64,000 bases of DNA from Vicugna vicugna (taxonomy: Eukaryota), in assembly GCA_013265495.1 (NCBI GenBank), contig MU058059.1, positions 434,001 through 498,000 of the forward strand. Direction: 5' to 3'. The notes under the pieces were generated by a model. That model worked only from the letters and a program-made list of their open reading frames with translations, ran no database searches and was not told where the DNA came from. Shown piece after piece: positions 53,001 to 64,000 of the stretch. The position numbers were made by a program, and so were the translations under genes. Each line of letters starts with the position of its first letter. The stretch's first letter is position 1.

Positions 53001-53283
53001 TTCTCCCATAGAATGCAGCTCAGTTCTTTCGAGAAGAGCCTAGAAAGTTTCTTCTGGGCAGCTTATTGTCAAATGCAGCTGCTCTACGTGCCAGGCTGAC
53101 CATCCATGTTATTTTTACCTCCCTTGTTTGTTCCCCATTCCCTTCTGTGGTCTTACCAACACCTCTGCACATGCTGGTCCAGAGCTTCCTGGAATCCATT
53201 TCACCTGCCAGCGCTGCTCTGTTGAAATACCTTTTCTATTGATGTCCCCAGTATGTATCTAGTGCACTGAATACAAAGTCTCC

Positions 53284-53349
53284 AACTAGGGTATATAATC
53301 ATAAAAATCTAAAACAAACTAGGGTATATCATCATAAAATTTTAAAACG
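53284..53349. repeat. 33-bp tandem duplication (2 copies)
   Basis: aactagggtatataatcataaaaatctaaaaca / aactagggtatatcatcataaaattttaaaacg. Confidence 0.85.
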
Positions 53350-53489
53350 CTGCTGGTAAAAGAAGAATCTCAGTATTCTCTGGAGAAAAAAAGAAACATG
53401 TCTTAGACTAAGAATGGCACTGCCCTTCTAAAATGGCACCCACTGAAGAAGACAATGGAGAACAGGCCCCCAGATGAGTCCTGCTGAAG

Positions 53490-54650
53490 GACTTGATATC
53501 GATGCCCATATGCAGAAAAACAAACAAAACCCCCAAAAGTTTTATATATGCTTTATACTACATAGAACCATGAACTCAAAATGAATCATAGAACTAAGTG
53601 TAAAACCTAAAACTATTAAAATTTCTAGAAGAAAATAGACCAGAAAATCTTCGCAACCTTGAAGAAAAGCACAATCCATAACACGCACACACACACATAT
53701 ATATACATATACAAACATACATACATACGTATCAACTGGACTTCATCAAAATTTAAAATTTTTGCTCTGGCAAAGACACTATCATGTAAACAAAAACACA
53801 AGAGAAAGCTTGAAAACTCTTTTTGCCCACATACCTGACAAAGGCACTGTATCTGGCATACATGATGAATACTTAAAACTCAGTAAGAAAAGAAACAACC
53901 TGATCACAAACTATGTAAAATATTTGAACAGACACTTCACTAAAGAAGATATACAGATGGTAAATTAGCCCGTGACTCAAATTTCAGTACCATTAGTCAC
54001 CAGGGAAATGCCTAAGACTAAAAATAATGCATGATACCAAATGTACATGAGGATGTGGAATAAGTGGAATGTTCATGCCTGGCTGGTAGAAATGCAAAAT
54101 GTTACAGTGTTTTAAAAAAGAGTATAGTGGTTTCTTACACATTCAAATATACACTTGCCATATTCAAAGCAAACCTTTTCTAGGTATTTAAACAAATAAA
54201 ATGAAAAGCTATGTTCACACAACAGTTAACATGTGAATGTTCATTGGCTTCATTCATAATTGTCCAAAATAAAAATAACCCAATGCTCTTTAGTTGGTCA
54301 AAGATAAGCAAAGTGTGGTACATCCATACAGCGGAATACTACTCAGTTATAAAATAGAGCGATACATGAGACACAGATGAATCCTGAAGGCATTATGCTG
54401 AGTGAAAGAATTATGCCAGACTCAAACTCTACATATTGTATGATTCTATTTATAGAAATCTATAGGAAATAGGAGCACATTAGAAGCTGCCAGGAGTTGA
54501 GGACAGGGGGAGGAGCTGGCCGCAAGGAAGTAGCACAGGGACTATTTGGGGATATTGGAACCATTTCATATCTTATTTGTCTTGTTTAGACTTCTATCAA
54601 AATTCAAAGAATTGTACACCAAAGTAAATTATATGGTATGAAAGTTAAAA
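53490..54650 (+). mobile_element. Old L1 (L1MC/MD-like) ORF2 end and 3' UTR
   Basis: aactcaaaatgaatcatagaactaagtgtaaaacctaaaacta, tttgaacagacacttcactaaagaagatatacagatgg, ggcattatgctgagtgaaaga. Confidence 0.88.
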
Positions 54651-54899
54651 CGACAACTCCAAAGTCAGTGAAGAGAAAGATGAAAGACAACATAAACTAT
54701 TTAGTTCGGTTAAAAAAAATACAAATAAAATAAAAAGGACTCATTGAATGCATAGAAAGATGGGTCCTAAATCCACACATATATACATCCCTGGGAACTC
54801 TCATAATGCTCAAAATAAATGTTTTTAAATCAGAGAGAGACAGAGAGACAGAGACAGAGAGAGACAATATAAAACTTACAAAATAATCAACATCCCAAC

Positions 54900-55081
54900 A
54901 GATTCACAGACATAGAAATAAACTGTGGTTACCAAAGGGGAAAGGGGGTAGGGGAAAGATAAATTAGTTCAGGACTTGCGGATACTAACTACTATATATG
55001 AAATAAACAAAAGGGTCCTACTGTATAGCACAAGGAACTATATTCAATATCCTATAATACACCATATTGAAAAGAAAAAAA
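54900..55081 (+). mobile_element. L1 3' UTR fragment, truncated at both ends
   Basis: agattcacagacatagaaataaactgtggttaccaaagggg...ctactgtatagcacaaggaactatattcaatatcc. Confidence 0.85.
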
Positions 55082-55976
55082 TCCCACTGACAGGAAATTT
55101 ACAAACAATTAATTTATAATTCTATGTCTGATCAATCTGTTACTCAATTGTGGGTATAAAATGAAGACAATTTAATTCTTGCAGTAATAGTGACAGTTTC
55201 CTTTTGATGTACCTTTTTGGAGGAGATTTCTTGAGGTTATGCTTCCGCAAAATAAGGGTAAAAATCAAGGAAGAGAAACCCTGCAACTGAGTTAGGAATG
55301 CAGTGAATCAAACATTGGAGTGACTTGCTCATAGTAAATCTGGAAAGTAACTGGTTCAAATTAGATCCCTAAGACAGTGATTTCCAAGAAGAACATCTTT
55401 AAAAGGATGGGATACGTTCCAGTTAATAGATGAAATGACAGAAAACTGGAGATTCTTAGTGTTATGTTGAAGAATGCATATATTTATTCTCTCGGCAATG
55501 AAAATGTAAGGAAGATGAAAAATTCTTTAAACAACTATACTAAAAAGTCATGGCTAATTTATGAAACAAAAGAAAATAAGACCTGATTTCAGATGACTGA
55601 AGAAGAATATAAAAAGTACATTTGTTTGATTGGGGGTTAAGGAACATTCTTCTCAAGTGGTCCTGGGATGTGAAATTGGACACCAAGAGATTAAAATGCC
55701 CAGCTAGACCAGTGTGTTCTTTCTTGGCAGTAGTTACACAACTGTAATAATGTAAATACTATTTATTAGTTTCAAGAAACTTACATAATTATAGTTATAA
55801 AATAACCTAAAATATGATTGGCATTTCCATTATAAAGATAAAACTACACCTGACAGAATTTAGAAGGTAGATGTAAGGAAGATGAGGAAGATAATTTGGA
55901 AAGCTAGTATCTTCAACTGAAGGAGAGATTGAAATTAATGGATCAATATTACAAAATCAAGCAATGACTGAAAAAA

Positions 55977-56453
55977 CAGGTATACTTCGGAAGTACTGCA
56001 TTGTGATTCCAGACCACTGCAATAAAGCAAATATTGCTGTAAAGCGAGTCCTGTGAATTTTTTGATTCCCAGTGCATATAAAAGTTATGTCTACACTATA
56101 CTGTAGTCTGCTATGTGTGTAACAGCATTATGTTTAAAGAAGCGTACATACCGTAATTAAAAAATACTTTATTGCTAAAAACTGCTAACCATCATCTGAG
56201 CCTTCCGTGAGTCATAATTTTTTTGTGATAACATCAAAGATCACTGGTTACAGATCACCATAACAAATATAATAATAATGAAAATGTTTCAAATATTGCG
56301 AGAATTACATAATGTGAAACAGACATGGAGTGAATACAACTGGGAAAATGAAACCAACAGACTTGCTTGAGGAAGTGTTGCCACAAATGATCAGTCTGTA
56401 AACAATGCACTGAAATGTCATACAACAAAGCCCAGGAAAACGAAGTCTGCCTG
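55977..56453 (-). mobile_element. Tigger1-derived non-autonomous TcMar element
   Basis: Ends caggtatacttcgg and aaaacgaagtctgcctg+TA. Internal ttccagaccactgcaataaagcaaatattg. Confidence 0.88.
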
Positions 56454-57369
56454 TAATAATACAATTCATAAAACTGAGAACATTATGAGGTGGCTAGATG
56501 TTGGGGGGCGGTATTTGAACTTAACTAGTGCTTAGTCATTTGTGGGAAAATTAAAATTTTGTTTAATAAATCAAGAAATATTTTTATACTAAGAGTTATA
56601 GGTAAAGAGTCACTAGGAGAAATTTTAAAAATGCTTGCCTGCCAGCAGCAGGATTGGACATGATAAGGAATGAGATGAAATATTATCAATTATTTAATAC
56701 TATTTCATTTTTACCATGTATATGGGTTAGTTTGATAAAAGTGAAATAAATGTATTTATTATAAGTAAAAATGGCAGAGGAAGTCATTATAACGATAGGA
56801 AAGATGTTGAGTATTATCAGACAAGACTCCCTCATTTCCAAAATACATGGAGAAAATGATACAATCTAATAGTGAGAAACTCTTAAACGAAATAGTAACC
56901 AAGAGGGATGAAACATTCTAAAATTAGTACAACCACAAATTATTCTGAACTGACAGAGTAAAGCTTCTAAAGAAACAAAATTCGTTTCAGAGGAGGCTTT
57001 CTGTTGAGCTCAGATTTTGAAAATTACAATTTTAAATGTTATCAAGAGAAACATAGAACCAAGGATGTCTATGAAAACATGGTCCAGACTCCACTTTCAT
57101 GATTTTAATATAAAGGAAACACAGGACTTTATTTTTTTAAAATTGGAATAAGACCAGATGCCCTAAGCACAATCATTTAGGCAGGTGGCATAATGTTATC
57201 AAACCATTTGTCTTATTTTCTGTGTCCTTTTTGCTGTTAACTAATATTTTTTTAATTGAAGAGAACATTCTACAATACAGAAGTTTTAAACCTTTTATTA
57301 AGTGATATCTGAAGGAGACGAAAGATAGTAAGTCACCCTTCAGTACTCAAAAATGTGCTTAAATAAAAT

Positions 57370-59100
57370 ATTTTCAATGAACTTTTAGATACAATTGAAG
57401 AAATATTGTCAATCTCTCTTTTTTTTTAAAATCCTGGTATGGAGCGAAGTGTTGGGTGGCTTTAGATTTACCAGTGTCACCACAGTATCTTTTCAAAAGG
57501 GGATAAAGAAAACGTTGTGATATTAAACACTGCCAAATTTTATATCAGTCTCCAGCAAAATTCTACAAAGAACGATGAAAAAGATAATTTAATAAATCCC
57601 TTAAACAAAGAAGTTGATTATCAGTATAAACAAATAAATAAATTCTCATGGACTCACTTGTAAATAAAAAATAGGATTATTGACTAGGTCAGAAGTTTAT
57701 ACATACTGAGGAGGTATCTTAATTTTCAGTAATTCACATAAGCACTGAAGGTGAGGAAAGCTTTTCTTTCCTTCTAGGGTCTTTGGCTGGTCCAATAATT
57801 AAGTCCACATAAGACAGATTAAAAGGAGAAAAAAATTAATTTTGTATGTATGGGAGTCTATAAAAATGAAACTCAAATGACCAAAGCAGGCAGGTTTTAT
57901 ACCTTTTAGACAAGGAAACAATAAATCTGTGAGGAATTGACAAGTAAAAAGGGTTTGGGCTTGGGGTAGCAAATTAGTGAAGATGTAACAAGGTTTGTTT
58001 ATACAGCCTTTTTGGCCCTAAATTACCTATCTCTGGTGACAAGGATGCCTTCCACCTCCTGGTACAGGGAGGGCACCCCTCACGTGGTAGGTTTATTTCC
58101 TGCTTTCAAGAAGATACAGGAAATCAGAATGTCCTCCTTGCACTGACAGTTTCTTAAGTAACTTTAATTCAAAATAATCAATATGCCAAAGTGGCTTATT
58201 TTGAGGGTGGCATATTCTGCTCCCCTCAAGTACGACACTCGTAACCTGAGGACAAGAGGGAAAAGTGTGGATTGCATTACAGTCCAGTGAGTTGAAATCA
58301 TTTATATTTGAACAATTTTATCCTAAGAGGGCTGATGAATGCCGTCTGTCAATCACTGAGGAGACAAGCAGAAAAATCAATAGCTGCATAGAACAGGGTT
58401 CTCCCACGTCCTCTTTACAAACGGATTTTGTCACTGGATTGAATAAGGAAGCCAAGCTGGTTAAATCTTCAATGCCACAACTCTCCTAGGACAGGTGCCA
58501 TGTAGAGGACCAAAAAATCATTCACAAAGGTCTTGGCATGCTCAGACAATGAGCTACAACAACACAAACCTACAAAGAAGAAATGTCACGGCCTCTTGTT
58601 AGAATTTTTCTTAAAACTTTAAAAGATCACTTGATTAAGCAGATGAAGTAATTTTACTGACAATTTAGTTTCTAAAGTGACAAGCTTAATATAAACGCAA
58701 TGTGAAACAAAAGTAGGCATGCCTACCTTAAAATTTAATGTAAGACATAATTTCATTAGCAGACATAATAGCTCTCTGATATGGGGAACTGAGCCTTCCA
58801 GTGTTTACAGCTTATTTCAGTCAATGTCTGAAGGGTTAAAACTCAATCTGCTAGTTGTACTTTGAGTTGACGGATAAGACAATGGAATATGCCCAGAGCA
58901 GGACAAGCAGGATGATGCAGAGACTAGAATTCGTACGGTGTAAGAAAGAGTTGGAAAAACAGTGATCGGCTAGCCCAAAGGATAGAGAATTTGTTCATCT
59001 TGTATTTTCAGTTCCTAATAAAGTTGTCACTAAATATTCATGGAGAGATTAAATCTGTTGTGTCTAAAACAAAGGTATATCCAAGAGTGATTACACTCCA
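57370..59100 (+). mobile_element. Ancient CR1/L3-type LINE reverse-transcriptase fossil, interrupted by an LTR
   Basis: Frameshifted remnants read like NVTPIFKKGDKE...SLISVPSKIL (~57470-57570). SITEETSRKINSCIEQGS...DFVTGLN...LVKS aligns loosely with CR1 SSWREVTSGVPQGS...IFINDLD...LIKF. Confidence 0.65.
57746..58228 (-). mobile_element. ERV1-class solo LTR
   Basis: TG...CA termini. The minus strand begins tgaggggagcagaatatgccaccctcaaaataagccactttggcatattgattattttg. Near-TSD agcac/agtac. Confidence 0.85.
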
Positions 59101-59689
59101 CTAAGACAAAGAGGTCTTTTCCATGTATAAATACTACATGCTACTGGTTTTTTAATCCTTGTCTTAAATGAATTGAGTTCTACCCTTTTGTGATAGCTCA
59201 CACATTATTTCCTTTGTCCTAAGGCATTAAAAGTGAGTCAGGCTTTACAGAGTGTGGTTTTTATAAACAGTCTCATAAAGTAAACTTTCTGGAAAGTGAC
59301 ATCATGAAGAAAGAGTTGAAACCTTAGCCATGTATTATTCAGAATTAACTTAGATTGGCCTAAAATAAAGGCACTTGTCTGGTACCTGAGTTTTCATGAT
59401 GTTTTTTTGATCTTTATATCCTCTAGGTAAGTATTTGGTAAAAAGGACTCCGTTCGAAGTGATTCCTGGATGTATTCACAAAAGCATGGGTAATTCCATT
59501 ATTTCTCCTTAAATTCAAGCCTTGGCCCAACAGTAAAGTTCTCACTATTTTTTAGGTACTCTGGGGATACATAGAGAGAGACTATTTTAGTTTTAGTGGC
59601 CAAAAACAAAATATACATTGTTTGTTTCCTTTGACATTTTTTAAGAAGGCAAAGAAGGACGATATTAGGGCAGAGGTGACAATATCCTC

Positions 59690-61290
59690 CTACTCCTCTT
59701 CAAAATTCCTTCTGGTATTCAGGGAATTTAATCTGTATGTGGAAGTCATCCAATTCCAAACTGAAATGATCTCAATGACAGCAAGGTCCCAACAAACTCA
59801 ACCTTTATTTTTATGCAGACTATAGCCATGTTCTACACTCTTCAAACATCTGAAATCTCTTATCTGGAAAAAAAGCCTCCTAATTTTGGTCAACCTTCTG
59901 TATTCTTTATCACAAATAATGGTATCACAATCTACCCAGTTTCTCAAACTGAAACCACAGAGGAATCTTCCATCATTCTCCCTCCTTCACATCACACATC
60001 CAATATAGACACTTCCCAGGAATGTTTATGGAATTCTCCACTCCAAGCTGTCACCGCTAAAATCAGACTCTAGAGTATTTCAAGATTATTCCAGATTCTT
60101 TCTGGATTATTTCAAAAGAGCCTTCTACATTTGTCAATTAAGATCTTTTACAATCTGTCCCCAACAAATACCACCACTATCTATTACATATGCTCCAGTT
60201 ATATAAAACTTACCATTATTCCCAGGATACAACGATCTCTTTTCTAACTCCCTGCATCTCATCTGTCTGTAATAGTCCTCTTTTCTCTTGTGAGCTCTAA
60301 GACAAATCTTCAATTCCATAAACAGAGAGAACTTAATACACGAAGTAGAGTGTTAAAAAGACTGCAAGTACTAAGATCAAGTATGCTCTCATAATACAGT
60401 AGAAAGAAAAACACCTAAAAAAATATATAAAATAGTATGCTGTGTAACCTAACAAAGGTGTGTACAAGGCAGGAAAATGGGACAAGGAAAGAAATGAAAT
60501 TTTTTTTGGTTTGTTTTGAGGCAGGGAGGGGCTCAGGGAGGACACATTTGAATAGGAAACTGAAGGACTGTAGAGGGTGAATGAAACTTTGCAAGGTGGA
60601 CATGAAGAACAAGAGAAGTCCTGGCAGAGAGAACCCCCCACGGCATAGCACCCAATACATACCCCAATAGAAACATACAGGAAAAGGTAAGTCATTTGAT
60701 ACTGTTGCAGCATCAGGAAGTTGGCCGTATGATTGAAGAAATAAGGAGTCTGATTAAGGACGGTGGTAGATGTTTGCTAAGGGGTTGAGACATGCAGACT
60801 TTGCTCATAGGCACTGAACAACTATATCTGCATTTTAAGCCAGAGAATAAGAAGAAGCTTTGTAATTTTATGAGATTATTCTGGTCATCTTTGAAATATA
60901 GATATTTTGAAGGCAATCAAGCATGGAGGTTGGAATGTCAGGAAACCATGGTTCCGGTGAGACTGAGAAAATTCTATCAGGGGTTGAACAAAGAGGATGG
61001 ATGACTGGGATATCAAAGAGTTTAACTCAACAATGTGTAGAGGTTTATTACGGCAGGAAGTTAAAGCCTTAAGGACAGGGATGTAAGTTCTAAGTTTCTG
61101 GATCCTGTGACAAGGTGGACGGTGCTGTCAGTAACCAAGACTGAAGATGCCAGAGGACCAGCACAGGAGGGGCAAGAAGCTCTCTTTTGACTATCCTGCG
61201 TTTTAATGTTGTTGCCTCCAGGAGGCAAATGGACGGGCACCGCTGAAAAGCTTGGTTCACCACCACTGCCACCACCTGGAGCAGAACTGT
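59690..61290. mobile_element. Two L2 remnants tail to tail (+ ~59690-60330, - ~60340-61290)
   Basis: aatggtatcacaatctacccagtttctcaaactgaaacc on +. aagtttctggatcc...ggtggacggtgctgtcagtaaccaaga and ggaggacacatttgaataggaaactgaagga on -. Confidence 0.6.
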
Positions 61291-61999
61291 CCCAGTGGGG
61301 CTGCTCTGCAAAGGGATCAAGCAAAGCCAAGCAGTGCTTGTCATTACTGGTTAAGTGAGGCTCGCGGGCTAATTTCTTTATCTTTACTCATTTCTTCACG
61401 TCAAATCTCTCTGTGATTCCACTCATTTAAAAAACACTGATGTGATCAGAGGTTTTGTAGCCAGGTTAGGCTCTCCGTACAAACTGTCCTCAAAGTGCAT
61501 GTGAATAAACACTTACGAGAACCAAAACTGTGGTCTGTCATGCTTTCATCTCGGTTCCCCACGGCACGAGACAGCAGTCATGGGATGAGATGACAGAATC
61601 GAATGTGGCATATAATTTGCACTCCCTAAGTAGTATTAAAAATATTTCACTGAAAAAAAAACCTATTTCTTTATCATTGCATTAACAAACTCCTGATGGC
61701 ACAAGAGATACTGAATTTTACTTCATTAACAGAAAGAAAGGAAATGGACAGACCGATTCCCTCTCCCTTGTCCTTCCTCCCCTTTCAGTGACCACGTAGC
61801 TGTTACCAGCGGCAACGGCACAGGGTTTTCTCAGCAACAGTCAGCACCAGTGAGTATACTGTTGCTCCTAATTATTTTAGAAACTGAAATTATCCCCAAA
61901 CCTTAAATCCCTTAATTTGAATATGCTATTTTCTCTTCTTTTCGCAACCCGTTGAGTCACACGGTACGTACACGGGAGTATTTATCCAAGTGTAAGCTT

Positions 62000-62461
62000 T
62001 GTTAAAGAGAAAACCGTACGTCCAAGATGGCATCACTTGTGCTAAAGCCAGTGAAGTCAGACCTAGATTTAACACCTGACCCCTCTGTACTTTCAGCCTT
62101 CCCCAGGAAGGAGGTGAGGTCCTCTTAACAGGCCAGTGTGGAATGTTCTGGTCAGCACCAAGGATGTAATCTGTAACGTGGACCCGCTCCACTCCGTCCG
62201 AAGGAAGAAGAGGTGATCTGCTTGGTGACAGAGTCTCATCCTTCCCCCAAACGGTGACCTGGCCTGAAACAATCCTTTCTTCTCTTTTGCTAATAGCTTC
62301 CTCGCCTCCCCCCACCTCCTTCTGCCTATAAAAACCCTCCATTTCATACAAGCCCTTGTAACACCCCTCTATTTACTGGATTGGATGCCGCCTGATTCAT
62401 GAATCCTCCAATACAGCCAGTTAGATCTTCAGATTCACTCAGTTACATTCTGTTCTTAACA
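62000..62461 (+). mobile_element. Solo LTR, ERV1 class (MER34-like), with a perfect 4-bp TSD
   Basis: TGTTAAAG...CTTAACA flanked by GCTT on both sides. TATA box cctataaaaa at ~62326. Homologous to 371-738. Confidence 0.88.
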
Positions 62462-63506
62462 GCTTGGCCAGCCAAACTGTCTGTAAGATCACCCCATGTA
62501 ATTGATCGAAAACACTGGACTAAGCACTGTTTCCTGCAACTGGTTCGTGATTTACTCTGTGTGGCAAACGATTTTATTCATTGTTTCTATTTCATAAAAG
62601 TATCTTTATTAATTTAAAAGCACAGATAACTTATTTTCTACTTTTTATCTACAAACAGCCTGATATGCCCCAGGAGAGCAAGAATTCAGAACAAAACAAA
62701 AATCCTAAAACTTTAAGTACCAATCACAAGCTTCCTCATGCTTAACTGCAAAGTGCCCCATTTTTGAAAAGTTTATTTTGTACATTTCTGCTGAGATTCT
62801 CTCTCACACCTGCTTGGCCCCAGCCCTTTTTACAATACCTGACCCTCCTATCCCGCCCGTCACTGAAAGCGACTAACCACCACTCCTTGCTCTGCCTACA
62901 GGAGCTGATTTCCTTTCCTCTAGTTAAGGCCGTTACTTGCATCGCTGCCTGGAGGCCTTTATTCTTGCTTCTTCCTGTTTCTTACAACTCACGAATTTAA
63001 AAAAAGAAGATACTGATTTCATGATGATATTGCTTCCGGACAAAATGAATCATTTACCTTCCTAGGACATTTTAGAACATGGTTAGATTTGTAACAAAAT
63101 ACATTACACATCTGAATTGTTGAAAGTTTAGTTGGAGGAAAAAATAATCAGAGATGGTGAAATAAAACAAAACTAAAGTAAGAAATAATCCAACAACTGA
63201 TCTTAGAACTTTCAAGAATCCACTAGACTTTCCATAGCAATGAAATACTATTCAACCAAGGAAACACCAAATGGAAACATTTCTAAATTAAAAGAGATGC
63301 ACATACACATATGAAGAAAGTGATCACCAAGTGGTATCAAAATAGGAGTTCTTTGAAAATCGATGGAGTAATGCATGCTTTGTTAGAACTTCTCTAAAGC
63401 TGGTATTTAAAAAGCTTCCTGAATAATCTATGAGGTACACAAATATATAAAAGGGACGAAACTGTTAAAGAAAGGTGCCACGTATAGAATACATGAAGAA
63501 TTGCCT

Positions 63507-63548
63507 AGAAAACAAATTAGAAAAAACAGAAAACAAATTAGAAAAATA
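63507..63548. repeat. 21-bp tandem duplication
   Basis: agaaaacaaattagaaaaaac followed by agaaaacaaattagaaaaata. Confidence 0.8.
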
Positions 63549-63590
63549 AATACAGAGTGTGCTAGCAGGACCATAAGTTAACCAAAATTC

Positions 63591-63591
<1 letters not shown>

Positions 63592-63622
<31 letters not shown>

Positions 63623-63625
63623 ATG
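63592..63625. repeat. (TG)n microsatellite
   Basis: Read directly from the sequence. Confidence 0.95.
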
Positions 63626-63786
63626 TAAACACAAGCTTTGCATTAATTATCTGATGATTTAAGGAAAAGAGACAGACAATTTAATCTTTGATATTCATAT
63701 ATGAATAAAATGTACTTTTCATTATTTTAAGAGCCTTTCAGAATTTACTTCCTCAATAATAAATGTTAAACCATAGAAATTATGAC

Positions 63787-64000
63787 AGTGGCTAAATCGA
63801 AGATCATCTTAAAGATTTAGATTCTGGGTTCCCTATCCTGTGATTTGTACTCAGTAGTTCTGGGGTTGGCCACAGGAATCTGTATTTCTACTGAAAACCC
63901 TATGTGTATTCCATTGTCCGTATAATCCATACCATGTAATTTTATTTATACCATAGTTTATCAATTCATCTACTGAAGGACATCTGACTTGCTTCTAGGT
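63787..64000. mobile_element. MER5-like fragment followed by a minus-strand old L1 running off the window end
   Basis: cagtagttctggggttggccacaggaatctgtatttcta, then tattccattg...ttcatctactgaaggacatctg. Confidence 0.65.

Noticed and set aside
52200..53275. Possible old ERVL-type LTR remnants
   Set aside because: Too degraded to define termini or family by eye.
371..62461. Two related LTRs as the ends of one provirus
   Set aside because: They are 61 kb apart, visibly diverged, each has its own TSD, and no gag/pol/env lies between them.
1..64000. CRISPR arrays, operons or prokaryotic defence systems
   Set aside because: The sequence is mammalian. There is no regularly spaced repeat-spacer array and no dense ORF cluster.

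Overview
Mammalian genomic DNA, most likely camelid. This is inferred from two tRNA-Ala-derived vic-1-like SINEs, many artiodactyl-type L1 3' ends, and no recognisable Alu, B1, Bov-tA/BovB or PRE-1 elements. The main functional landmark is a ~1.9 kb CpG island (~39.4-41.3 kb) with two minus-strand 5' splice sites. It looks like the promoter and alternative first exons of a gene transcribed leftwards. On that reading, positions 1-39.4 kb are mostly intron with a few small candidate exons, and 41.3-64 kb is upstream intergenic DNA. I cannot identify the gene and see no convincing protein-coding exon. The ORF track is explained by repeats, GC-rich island sequence or chance. The rest is a layered record of transposons: L1, L2, CR1/L3, MIR, MLT1, MER21, MER34-like and other ERV LTRs, MER5/Charlie and Tigger1. 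I found no new multi-gene system. The best leads are a possible 6-nt ATG-bearing microexon, a strong CTCF motif with its upstream module, an RFX X-box cluster, a ~2 kb CR1/L3 reverse-transcriptase fossil, and several atypical retrotransposition structures. Repeat family names come from remembered consensus motifs, not a database search, and boundaries of old repeats are approximate.
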